In this document: in pieces, positions 26,641 to 38,318 of the stretch
Numbering within the stretch: the stretch's first letter is position 1
Layout of the letters: each line of letters begins with the position of its first letter
Assembly: GCA_964106645.2 (NCBI GenBank)
Contig: OZ067046.1
DNA: 64,000 nucleotides
DNA from: Podarcis pityusensis
Taxonomy: Eukaryota
Reading direction: 5' to 3' (one strand)
Notes under the pieces: generated by a model
Told to the model about the DNA's origin: nothing
The model's database searches: none
Seen by the model: the letters and a program-made list of their open reading frames with translations, nothing else
Position numbers and translations under genes: made by a program

Positions 26641-27665
26641 TAATAGTATGGGTGGAGACTCAGATGCAGTGGGTCCCATGGAGATAAAAGATTTAAACCC
26701 AATCTTCATGTTAGATGCCGCAACATCAGGATGAATTTTCCACAGTATTTTTCTCAGTGAAACATTTGATGGGGGTGGGGAGATGGATCCCAAAGCAGCC
26801 ATTTAGAAGACTTAACAAAATGAATGCAGGGCCTGTCTCCACGATGAACAGATAACCAACATCCTTCTGATAGTGATGCTCTGGATTCAGTTTTCCTGCA
26901 TGGAACAGGAGGATGAACTAAATGGCCTTCAGGAGTCCTTCAGGTGCTATGATTCTAATACCTGTAAATAAAAATGCTCTGCACATTAAAGGAAGGAGGC
27001 AGTACAAAGACATAAAGGACAACTGCAACCTGCAATTGTTCTCTTTTTTTAAAAAAAAAACCAAGCAGTTTTTTTAGAGGATAAACTTGTTAAATAAATA
27101 AAAGGTCACCTGAAAGAATCTTGACTCCTGCCAGTGCTTTGACGGGGGAGTGAACAACAAATGACATCTATGACTGGAGAGACACTTCTGGAATTTTGCC
27201 AGTCCCAAAAATATCGAGATGATTGGTTGACTGCCAAAATATTGTTATGCATGAAATGCCTGCTGTATGCAGGATTGCAGAGCTAATACAGCTCTTAATG
27301 AATGGCAATGAAGACCTTTCCATGGCAGAAAACAGAAGTCTTGCCCCTCTGGTGCTGTCCTTTCTGTTACTGCTGAATTATACAAATTTAATCAAGGGAA
27401 CAAAAGGGGTGGATTCCCCCCCCCCCCGACTGCCAGGTTAACAGTGTGCACTCAAACCAAAATGCACTGTTGCCGGCATGTACAAAATCACCAGCAGGGA
27501 TTCTGCTTTCAAGTCCACGGAATGAGTGGGCAGAAAGATGTCCTAGGCTGCTGCCTTGTTGGTATTCAGACTGATGGATTGTTTTGTGGGTGTATTCCGC
27601 AATATGTCTTTTGATGCAATAACAGTGCATCAGCGATTGATTTAGACTGGACTATCCACACGTTA

Positions 27666-28020
27666 GGGGACGCGGATGGCACTGTGGGTTAAACCACAGA
27701 GCCTAGGACTTGCTGATCAGAAGGTCAGTGGTTCGAATTCCCGTGACAGGGTGAGCTCCCATTCTTCTGTCCCAGCTCTTGCCAACCTAGCAGTTCGAAA
27801 GCACCTCAAAGTGCAAGGAGATCAATAGATACCACTCTGGCAGGAAGGTAAACGGCGTTTCTGTGTGCTGCTCTGGTTCGCCAGAAGTGGCTTAGTCATG
27901 CTGGCCACATGACCTGGAAGCTGTACGCTGGCTCCCTCGGCCAATAAAGCAAGATGAGCGCCACAACCCCAGAGTTGGCCACGACTGGACCTAATGGTCA
28001 GGGGCTCCTTTACCTTTACC
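27666..28020 (+). mobile_element. Sauria SINE, full length
   Basis: TSD TATCCACACGTTA at 27653-27665 and 28021-28033. Confidence 0.95.
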
Positions 28021-28498
28021 TATCCACACGTTATTCTGCGTCATTAGGTGTTTTGTGATGCTCCCCCAATGTGGTTGCATTATTGGTGTCCAGAGGGGCA
28101 CACTAGCGCAGCAGATGCAGGACAAAAAAATAAAATGGAACATTAAAAGTTATAAAAAGTTATAGGATTACAGCAGGAAGCTACAAGATATGCACCAAGT
28201 GGAAATGAAGCAGTATATCTACCCTGAAACTTGGGCAGGCAGGCACAAAAAATATTGAAAACAATTTCACATGTGCTACCCTGATGCCATCAATGAGCAG
28301 GAATCATCATGAACATACAGTAAAAAGGGCATCAGGAGGCACTCTTACTTAACTGTTGTAGTGCCTGCCCATTCTCTTCCAGTACAGAAGCCAAGGCTTT
28401 GCAATCTAAAAGCTTACTTAGCTGGTATTTGTCAATGCTTTTCTCAATTTCACATACCAAATGGTTGTGATTTTTCTACCATTTCCTGACCTAGTTTT

Positions 28499-28654
28499 AG
28501 TTACAGATGGGTAGCCGTGTTGGTCTGCCATAGTCGGAAAAAAAAAAAAAGAAAAGAAAAAAAAAAGAAGAAGAAGTGTGCATGCACACGAAAGCTTATA
28601 CCAAGAACTAACTTAGTTGGTCTTTAAGGTGCTACAGGAAGGAATTTTTTTATT
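28499..28654. mobile_element. Penelope-like element remnant (internally deleted)
   Basis: Homologous to 15427-15657. 13-bp direct repeat CTGACCTAGTTTT at 28486-28498 and 28655-28667. The hammerhead core has lost its CT. Confidence 0.8.
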
Positions 28655-28796
28655 CTGACCTAGTTTTGTTTTCAGTGAAGAATCCTAGCAGGTCAGGCAT
28701 CCCAGCAGACTACAGCTGCTAGCATAGCATATCCATAGTACCCTTTTCTTTTTTCTTCTCCTCTGCACGCCCCCCCCCCCGAATCCTGCAGGTTCA

Positions 28797-28815
28797 AACT
28801 GCCCCCTGGTGGCTG
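28797..28815 (-). promoter_or_regulatory. CTCF binding motif
   Basis: The minus strand reads CAGCCACCAGGGGGCAGTT, a near-consensus CTCF core. Confidence 0.7.
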
Positions 28816-29216
28816 CGCTTGGACTATAACTAAATATTTCTACAGATACGAGTTTTCTTGTCATCCCTCCAGCTATCAAGGTAGTTTCCTATGCTTCCTA
28901 TTCTTTCCCATACCATCCTTCTACTCCCACAGGGCAAGCAGATTGGGGGGAACAAAAGAATTGCCATGTTTCTATGTGCTGGAATGTTCTATGTGCAGTT
29001 GTTAAACTGGGCAGGTTGCATCCATATGCTTGCAGCTACTGAGCTGCATCTTGGCTTCTTCTTGCCATGTGATTATCTGCCCAAATACAGAATTTAATTT
29101 ACCATTATCTCTTATGTAGAGGTGAAAGGGAAGTTCTGAACAGTTACAGAATCATAGAGGTTGAAGCTGCTGATTCAGGAAATCTACTACTAACCGTAGG
29201 AACCTGACGACTGACC

Positions 29217-29908
29217 GTAGGAACCCAGGAAGCTGTCCTATACTGAGTCAGACTACTACTAGTGGTGGCTGGACTGGTGATTGGGAGTGGCCGCTGAGAC
29301 CACATAACACCAGTCCTGAAAGGCCTTCATTGGCTTCCAGTATGTTTCTGAGCACAATTCAAAGGGTTGGTGCTGACCTTTAAAGCCCTAAACAGCCTCG
29401 GCCCAGTATACCTGAAGGAGCGTCTCTACCCCCATCGTTCTGCCCAGACACTGAGGTCCAGCTCCAAGGGCCTTCTGGCAGTTCCCTCGCTGCGAGAAGC
29501 CAAGTTACAGGGAACCAGGCAGAGGGCCTTCTTGGTAGTGGCACCCGCCCTGTGGAAAACCATCCCACCAGATGTCAAAGAGAACAACAACTACCAGACT
29601 TTTAGAAGACATCTGAAGGCAGCCCTGTTTAGGGAAGTTTTTAATGTTTGATGTTTTATTGTGTTTTTAATATTCTGTTGGAAGATGCCCAGAGTGGCTG
29701 GGGGGGCCCAGCCAGCTGGGTAGGGTATAAGTAATAAATTTTATTTTTTTAATTATTATTATTACTCAGTGTTGTTTACACTGACTGGCAGCAGCTTTTC
29801 ATGATTTCAAACAGCTGTCTCTCCCAGTCTTATTTGGAGATGCCAGGGATTGAACTCTGAACCTTCTGCACCTAAGGCAGATGCTTTCATACTGAGCTAC
29901 TGCCCTTC
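29217..29908 (-). mobile_element. tRNA-derived SINE with CR1-like tail (Squam2-like), split by L2
   Basis: On the minus strand, GAAGGGCAGTAGCTCAGT head and a B-box-like TTCAATCCC. The tail resumes at 29217-29260. Confidence 0.65.
29262..29765 (+). mobile_element. L2 LINE 3' end
   Basis: HITPVLKGLHWLP..LVLTFKALNSLGPVYLKERL..RAFLVVAPALW..FRRHLKAALF, followed by a (TTA)n tail. Confidence 0.92.
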
Positions 29909-29909
29909 A

Positions 29910-30560
29910 TCCAGGGTCTGCTTAGTTACCCCTAATGAAACAGAGTATGACCAGTTACCAAAGCAATCTGCTCCACTGTCAAAAAACCTCATGACATTAG
30001 AGGGTTCTTCCTAATGTTTAATCTAAATGCTTCTTCTTTCAATTTTAACCTGTTTGGTTGGCTGTTCCTCCCTGGATCCACAGAAATCAAGTTTTCTCTC
30101 CATCTACTCTTGGACAGCTTTCCAAATGTTTGAAGATAGTTTGCATATCACTGCCTTATTCATCTTTTGCCCAGGCTATGTTGTTTAGTTGTGTCTGACT
30201 CTTAGTGACCCCATGGACCAGAGCACGCCAGGCACTCCTGTCTTGATTGTCCATGGAGTTTTCTTGGCAGGGATACTGGAGTGGCTTGCCGGTTCCTGCT
30301 CCAGGTAGATCATGTTTGGTCAAAACTCTCCACTATGACCTGTCCATCTTGCGTGGTCCTGCATGGCATAGCTCATAGCTTCTATGAGTTATTCAAGCCC
30401 CTCCGCCACAGCAAGGCAGTGATCCATGAAGGGGCTAAACATACCCAATTCCTTCAACCTTTCCTCACAGGATTTCTCCTCCAGACCCCTCACCTTATGC
30501 TTCTTAAACCATGGGGCTCAGAGCTGGACACAGCATGCCAAGTGAAAGGCTCTCATGAAT
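29910..30560 (-). mobile_element. Old CR1 fragment hosting the Bov-A-like insertion
   Basis: ..TTCTTCCTAATGTTTAATCTAAAT.. and CCAGGCTA|AACATACCCAATTCCTTCAACC are typical antisense CR1 sequence. Confidence 0.6.
30179..30432 (-). mobile_element. BovB internal-deletion derivative (5' end joined to 3' end; Bov-A-like)
   Basis: 30179-30243 matches the BovB 3' end seen at 17.57-17.64 kb. The remainder resembles the BovB 5' UTR (GGCAAGCCACTCCAGTATCCCTGCCAAGAAAACTCCATGGAC). GGCTA repeat on both sides. Confidence 0.75.
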
Positions 30561-31934
30561 CTGGGGTACTTCTGGACTTGGAGCAGGACTGAAATTGCTA
30601 TTTAGTCAGCAATAATAGACCCTATAGGTCACCTCAGGCACACAACCAGCTCCAGCTCCCCATGTGTAACCCAATAATAAGTATCAACCTCAGAACTGGA
30701 AACAAAATAAGAATCTCAGCAAGATTTGCACAGAAATAAAATTTCCAACTTGATTAAACAAAGGCAAAAGATGGATAAGATCTAGCAAGTCCATCTAGCC
30801 TAACCTTCCCCAATCTGCTACCCTTCAAATATTTTAGATGCCCATTCATGACTGACTGTTCACCATACTGACTGGGGCTAATGAGAACTGGAGCAGACTA
30901 GCTCGTGGAAGGCTGATCTAATCAGTTTTTAATACATAAAGATCATAAATATGTAAAACAATATAAATAACTGCCCCTGGTTTATTGCTAGATCAATTCC
31001 TTTTGCCTTTATATAAAATGAATTCCATTATATACCATAAAAACCTCTGTATAGTTTTAGAGGAAACTGAATATGTGAATTTTTCATACAATTGAGAACT
31101 AAAGAGCTAGAAATAAAAAATGTAGTTATATTGCTTCTCCTAAAGTATAGCCCTTTTGAAAAGTTTGTTTTTGTGATTGTGTTTTTGCTGCTGAAAGGAA
31201 ATTGGTCTTGATCTAGAGTTATTTCTGTTCCCACAAAACTGTCTATTTATAGTTCCTTGGAATGGAGTCGATTTAGAATCCTTTAAATCTGGGAATTTTA
31301 ATTATGGTGTGTCTGTGAGAAGTATACAACCATAAAATGAATAGTATAAAATATCAAGAGTGTAGAATCATTGGCACAGGGGCCACTATAAGAGGGCTGG
31401 AGAACCAAATTTTAACTCCAAGCCAAACTGAATAGTTAGAACTTCTGTCTGGCAGCCAGAATGTATTACGAAGTCAGTTGGATTTAATTGCGCGCTGTCG
31501 TTATCTGTAACCATGACAACTATCCACAACAACAATTAATGGTTCCATTTAGGACTTTTGAGCCAATTAAACCTTTTATGCTGAAGAAAATGTACTGTAA
31601 ATGGTTCCATGGGAAACAAGAATGCAGGCCTCAGAAGCTGGAGAGGGAACTGCTGCCTCACATTATTGAGTGCAAACTTCTCTGAAGCTCAGATTTCTCA
31701 TCTGGAGATATCCTATTTGTAGCCTAGTCTCTCTCTCACACACCCCCAATATGAACCAGATGCATATAGATGAGTTACCATTTATACCTAAAGAGGCCTT
31801 AATACAGTATCTGAGTTTTTAGTCAGCTTCAATTAAAGGTTCAAACATGGTAGATGCTAAAAGTAGTTTGCATAAGGGTGGCCCAGATGGCCTGTAGCAC
31901 AACAGTAAACCACATGGGTCAGTGCTGTCCCACG

Positions 31935-32062
31935 TAAAGTTACCATACGTCCCCATTTCCCAGGGACAGTCCCTGGATTTACAAATCAGTCCCCTGACAA
32001 AATCCATCTATTTAGTAGTTGAAAAGTGTCCCCGGATTCATTGAAAAAAATCTGGTAACCTT
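31935..32062. mobile_element. Small DNA-transposon-like MITE
   Basis: TAAAGTTACCA ... TGGTAACCTT termini with a flanking GTCCCAC repeat. Confidence 0.65.
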
Positions 32063-32294
32063 CGTCCCACTGCACAGAAGAGGGTCATCATTCATGGACT
32101 CCCTACTTTGGACATTTGGCCTCAAACTGGTGGCATGAGGACCTTAGCCCATTCATCATCACTCACATGTTTCATTTACATGCAAAAAAATAAATAAATG
32201 CCTGAGGACGACTCAAATGCATGTGACTATTGCGCTACTTAGGCAAAGACTTTGCCAGCCTATTGGTTTCACTGTCCTCTCAGTCAGACAACTA

Positions 32295-32520
32295 CAGTGG
32301 TACCTCAGGTTAAGAACTTGATTCATTCTGGAGGTCCGTTCTTAACCTGAAACTGTTCTTAACCTGAGGTACCATGTTTGCTAATGGGGCCTCCCGCTGC
32401 CGCCGCACCACCGCCGTACGATTTCTGTTCTCATCCTGAGGCAAAGTTCTTAACCCGAGGTACTATTTCTGAGTTAGCGGAGTCTGTAACCTGAAGCGTC
32501 TGTAACCCGAGGTACCACTG
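32295..32520. mobile_element. Tc1/mariner (Tigger-like) MITE
   Basis: CAGTGGTACCTCAGGTTA ... TAACCCGAGGTACCACTG. Confidence 0.9.
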
Positions 32521-35500
32521 CATTGAGTGAGAAATACCCAAATGACTGCCGCCACCTATGTGCTCAGATACATGTATGCACCCTGCATCCATATGGGACT
32601 GCAACACAGGCACACAGCTCAGAAGCCATTGTGAGTTCATGGGATGCAAGCTAATTATTCCAGCTGGATATTGTTCTGCTGAACATTAGATTTCTGATTT
32701 GCTACGAAAAAGATCTCAAGTATGCACATGCAGGTGTCAGTTGTCTAACAGTGAGCAAGGAAGAATTTAGGGAGCAATCTTGGCTATAATGATGCATACA
32801 TAACTCCCGCTGGTGTCAGGGCGGGGAGGGGGTATGTGCAATTATGTGGGATTGCACAAAGGAGGAATTCTGTTGTTCATCCTTTTTTATAATATAAGTC
32901 CTAACCATTTGTCAGCAACTGGAAAGCTATCAACAACTGTTCATAAATGTTACGGAATATAAAAGCGGCTCATAAATTGATTCATAATACAGGAAGGGAT
33001 GAATCCAAAGGACCAAAGCATAAAATATAGATGGGCTCATAAAATATAGAAAGGTCCTCCACAGGGTTAGAAACTATTGAAATGAGACCAAAAGAGAATG
33101 TTTATTAGGGCTGACAGCAATAATCAGTATGCTTGTTTAGCACCATCCATGTGCATAGCACTTTGCAGAGCATGAGGGGATAGGCCCCCTGCCCTGAAAT
33201 GCTTCTGAATCAAAATTTAAAATGGGAAACTAAGAGAGGACAGTGAGGGATGTGGAGACAGGGGTAAATAGGAAAGTTGCATGAGTCTGCATCAATTATA
33301 TGTGCTTAATTACAGGCTTAGTTGCAGTTAGTGGTGACTGGTGTACCCTTGTTCTGTAGTGCAACAAAAGCGGGACAAAAATATCCCCCAAACCCCAGAA
33401 CAGTTGTGGTATGAAAAGTCACAGGATTTTAGCACGAAATGGCTAAAATTATTGCAACCAAAACAATATGCTACCCCAAGCACCCCATAGCTTTTGCAGG
33501 TGAAAATGGCATTGAAACCATCCCAATGACATCACAAGCTCAAACAATGCTGAAGGCTCAATAAGAAGGGCCCATGGCGTGATACATCCCTGTGAGAAAG
33601 ATTTTCCAACTTCTGCTCACAATGAATTTGGAAATGAAGAGAATGGGGGAATTCCTCATGCAAAGGTGGAAGACACAGTTAAGCAGGGTATTTTATTCTT
33701 CTCTGCTATAGGAGTCTGGTGGTGCTACATTTCTGACTTTGAAATAAACCACAGCATTGCAAAAAAGAAAAAGAAAAATGAAAAGCACAGACAAGCCATT
33801 ATTATTTTATGATTTTTCTAACATCTGCCCTCCCAGTTATACAGCTTTTGACCCAAATAACCAACTGAGATCCTTGCTTGTTTCTCATGTCAGCAAAAGG
33901 CTCTCAGTGTCCATACCAAAGTCCTGTGAAAACATGAGAATTCAATTATAATATAAAAATTTTAATTTTTAATAGACAGTTTGTTTCAGGCCCAGTCCTT
34001 TGAGCCAGAAGCAGAAATGGCCAAGTGAGGGAGGCGGCTGTAGTTGGGTTTTCCATTTATATTGGTTAACTCAGGGATGATTTGGATTTGACTGCCAAAT
34101 CCAAAGTGGTTGCAATTGCCTCAGTGTTTCTGGTAACTGCCACAAAATTCCTCACTTTCTGGACTGCACTCATGACATGGAGGTTTTCCATACCACTGGC
34201 AGTGTGGACAATAAGCAAATCAAATACTTTTATAACCTACTTTGGCCAGATGCCTCCCCAGAACAGAACCAGTCAAGTTTAGACACTGTGGTTTACCTGA
34301 CCTCCTCAAGGTGTATTTCTAGAATGTCTCAATAAACAAAAAGAAACATTACTCCAAATAAAAATCCTTAATCCATTTCCCTAAAGAATTTTTAAAATAT
34401 AAATGAAACTTCCTGGAATAGTGAGGTTGAGATCCCATAAAATTACGCGGGAGAGGTGAGAATTAAATCCTAGGTATTATGAACTGAGCAAGCATGTTAG
34501 AAATGGTGAATTAGCTACATCATCATTCAAATTTAAAATATTCCCTGGAAGTAGCTATTTCGTCTGAAGCTCATTATCATCATCATTAAAAAATAAAAAT
34601 CTGCAGGTGTTTAACTTTCAATAATTTTTTTTTTATTGCAACAGTTTTGAGGCGGCCATATCACTGTTTCTGGTCAGTGCATCATCCTGTAGCTTCCTGC
34701 TGAAATCCTTTAACTTTTCATGCCGCAAATGTTCTGCTTTTGTTGCTAGCGCAGGAGTGCTCCTCCAGATGGCTAGAATGAAGTATCATTCGGGAAGGAT
34801 CGTGGAACTAACAAAGCGGAATGATGTGCAGTGTGAATCCACCGCTAAGGCACCATTACCACATCAATGACACGTTGCAGAATACACCACCCAAAAACAA
34901 ACACACACAATCTGGAGGAGCTCCAAGAAACATCAAAAAGAAACTGTTGGCCAAGAACCTAGTCTATGGTTGCAGACCAATGCACATGTACCTGGGGATA
35001 AGCCCCATTGAACTTAATAACCCTTCTCAATAGACCTGCATAGAAGTGCAATGTCAGCCTTGTGTTTTAGATAAATCCATCACACAAGTCTGCCATTGTA
35101 CAATTCCAGAAGTGTTATTTTGAAGTGATAACATGGATAAATGATCATTTGTGGCATTATATAGCAATAACCTTGGCCAAAAGTGCAAAGGTGTTTTATG
35201 AGGAGTCAGGCAGGTCATCCTACTATCTTTACCATATGACCCTTTAGATTTGACACCTAAAGTACCCCTCCACTCCCACAAAAATATCTCCCCAAACCAG
35301 GGACGAGCAAGACTCAGCAATTGGCTGAGCAAGCAGTGCCCTCTGTTTATTTTAAACACTAGTGTATTTTTATTTTAAAGTGGCTTTTCCTTCCTTTTTG
35401 CCTACCATTCCCTGTGCTTTGCAGGTTGGAGGTGACAGCTAGACACATTTGCATTGCTTCCACCTGAGCAGCTCCCAAATTATCTCTTCCAAGTATCGCT

Positions 35501-36230
35501 AATTATGTTTCAGAGCGAACAGCTGTAGTTAAGCTATAAAGATTTTAAACTTGAGTCTCATTTCAACCAAAATAGAAACTGACTTTTTAATAGACTGTGC
35601 TCAAAGGTGTAAGAGGTGAGGAAATCTAGCAGTCGGGGGAATGCAAATAGTTTGGGTTGCCAGCTTGTAACAACAGACATTCACAGCCGGTTTGCAGAAA
35701 TACTGGATGTGCTAATGGGCAATAGTGAGGGGAGAATGAAGGGGGGGGGGATGATGGTAGAAGCACCCTCTACATGTTGTTATTTGCTCTTGTGCTCAAT
35801 TCTTGCTTGAGGGTCCCCACAGGCATTGGGGAGCATTGTGAGAACAGGATGTTGGACTAAATGACCCATTGGCGTGATCCAGCAGGCTTTTCTTGTGTGA
35901 TTACAGTTTATAGGAGAACTCTTAGGAGCCTATCAGAGGAGACTGACAAGAAAGAATCGAGGGACTCTCTGAATGATGAGAAATGTATGACTGTTGACTA
36001 TGGGGGATGCAGGACTGCTAGGCTTCAGCTTTGACTTTTGGGATGGGGAAAAATACAGGTAGGGTGTTTTTGCCCTCACTTTGCCCTCAAAAAACAATAT
36101 CCCATGGAGCAAACACCACCCTCAACTTGTTGTTATCTACAGTTGACAGGTGGGCTCTGGGGATGCTAAGAGTGTCTTAGCTGTGTGTGCTAATTCACAA
36201 ATTGCAAAATGGTTGCATGTTTAGACCTTT

Positions 36231-36995
36231 TAACCTCCCCCTTAAATAAATTCAGACAAGACTCTAATTTTGGTTTGGTTTTTGGCAAAATTTATTGATT
36301 ACATCAAGTGAGTGGTTGCATAGTCTCTGGTTCGGCTAGCTCCCTGCACCATGGCAGGTAGCACTGACCCAGGGCACCAGCATAGGTCAGCCTAGGGTGA
36401 ACACCTGGATAGGCAGAAAGCCATGGTCAGGCTAGTCCACCACCCAGATGTCCCCCTGGACTCAGGCACAGGCACAACCCCCTCTCAGGGTTGACCAAAC
36501 CATTGACTCCCTGGATTCCTTTAATTTAATACCCTTCTCATAGGGGTGGCAAGAGTGTTCCCCCATCCCTATCACCTGAACCAGAGCCTATCCGCAACCT
36601 TACAAGTTGTGATGATTTGCTATGCAGCAGGCAAAACCCAAATGGCAACAGCCAATCAGCCAAGTGGGGAAAATTCCTGCCGTGGCCCTGTCTCAACAAT
36701 AGCCAACACACGATGGCATAGCAAGGTCAAGTGCCAGCCCTAAATATAGGGAGAGGGGGGTGGGTGTTCCGAATAAATGTGCCGAAAGAGGAAGCTCAGG
36801 GTCATGTGCATGGGCATATATAGGTCCCTTGATTTGTTTGGCTAGCGTCCCATTGGCCTGATTAAACCCAGCATCGAGGGACCTACCAATAGGGTGTTGT
36901 GGCTATCCAATCATACCCACCTACAACATAGGGTGTTGGTTGTCAGGTCGCACCGCAACACGTGCCCTCTTTGAGGGAGGACGCAATATGGCCTG
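36231..36995 (-). mobile_element. Solo terminal-repeat/LTR-like unit (possibly Ngaro/DIRS-type)
   Basis: The minus strand has CCAAT boxes, TATATA (~36816-36821), a pyrimidine initiator and CAATAAA (~36291-36297). It shares blocks with 52.0-52.75 kb. The family assignment is tentative. Confidence 0.6.
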
Positions 36996-37019
36996 GCTTT
37001 AGCATTCCCCAAACTGTAA

Positions 37020-37545
37020 TACATGCTGCCATTGGAAACTATTCAGAAAACTCCCATTGGTTCAAAATGCAGGCAAAGATGCTCAGTGGCTCCCAGGTCA
37101 TTTCAAGGAACAATTCAAAATGGTTGTTTTAATACAGTATTTGAAAGTCTCAGTAGCCTGTCTCCAGTATATCTCTGGATGCATCTTCCCCATATAGACC
37201 ACCTATCTTCTCTATCTACTGTTTGGATGGTGGAGAGAAGCAGGGAACCTGATCAGTGGTGGCACCCTTTCAGAGGAATTCCCTTCTCAGGCTAACTCCC
37301 ACCCAACTTTTTCAGAAAATTGTGAAATTCTTTTTATTTCAGCAGGCCCTCAGAAGGCTAGGAATTATTTTGAATTGGAGTGGCCTCTTTTATTGTCTTA
37401 GGTGCTCTTTTGAAATGGCTGGCATTTTACAACACTCTGATCTTAGGTTTGAGAGTTTTTAATGAATATTAGATTGTTGTTGCCCTTATTTGTGTTATGT
37501 TGTATACTGCCTCGAGTTAATTGGGTGGAATAGAAGTTCTTAATA
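37020..37545 (+). mobile_element. Degraded L2 3' fragment
   Basis: ..LETIQK..SKC.. followed by TCAGTGGTGGCACC..GGAATTCCCT, resembling L2 ORF2 ends. Confidence 0.55.
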
Positions 37546-38137
37546 ATAAAAAAATCAAGTGAATTCTATTTCACATTTCTTTAAATGCAGAAAGTATGCA
37601 AGGTGCCTTCTCTTCAGGTAGATGCTATTTCTAGCCTTATCAAACCCTACATAATTTTTAAAAGATTCTTCATTCATCTTAATTTAAGACCAATCAACAT
37701 AATCGTATTACAGCTTTTCCTATCAAGTGCTAGGAAATGAGCCAATTTGATCAAATGAGGTTTAAATTGGAGCCAGGAGAGTATATTTAACACTTAATCA
37801 GGATGAAATAAATCCAGAGCTCATATAATTTGAGTGCCATTTCTTTGAAAGTACAAGCTTTATACTGCTGTACAACTGTTACCATGTGACAGCCTGATCC
37901 ATAGCCCAGTTAAGCTGAAGTACTTGGCTTTTATTTGAATGATTCTCACTGAAGCCCCGTACATTAAACAGGCTTGGTTTAGCTTGATGGGAGATTAGTC
38001 TTACCACAGAGACACCAAAGAATATTCTCAGGTTAAATAAGAGTTCACCCATCTATAGGCACTCCCTTATTTAAAAAGACATGCATATGATACTCTCTTC
38101 CACATAGGATTTTCATTGTCTATTGGATTTAGGATCA

Positions 38138-38318
38138 TAGCAATCTGCATTATACTGAGTAAGACCATTGGTCTGTCTAGTATTGTCTATATATTGACTG
38201 GCAACAACTCTTCGGGAATTCAGAAACTGACCTCTCCCAGCCCTACCTACGGATGTTGAGGATTGAAACTAGAACCTTTGGCATGCAAACCAGATGCTCC
38301 AACACTGAGCTATGCCCC
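38138..38318 (-). mobile_element. tRNA-derived SINE (Squam2-like), degraded
   Basis: Homologous to 29217-29908 and 63715-63885. Confidence 0.65.
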
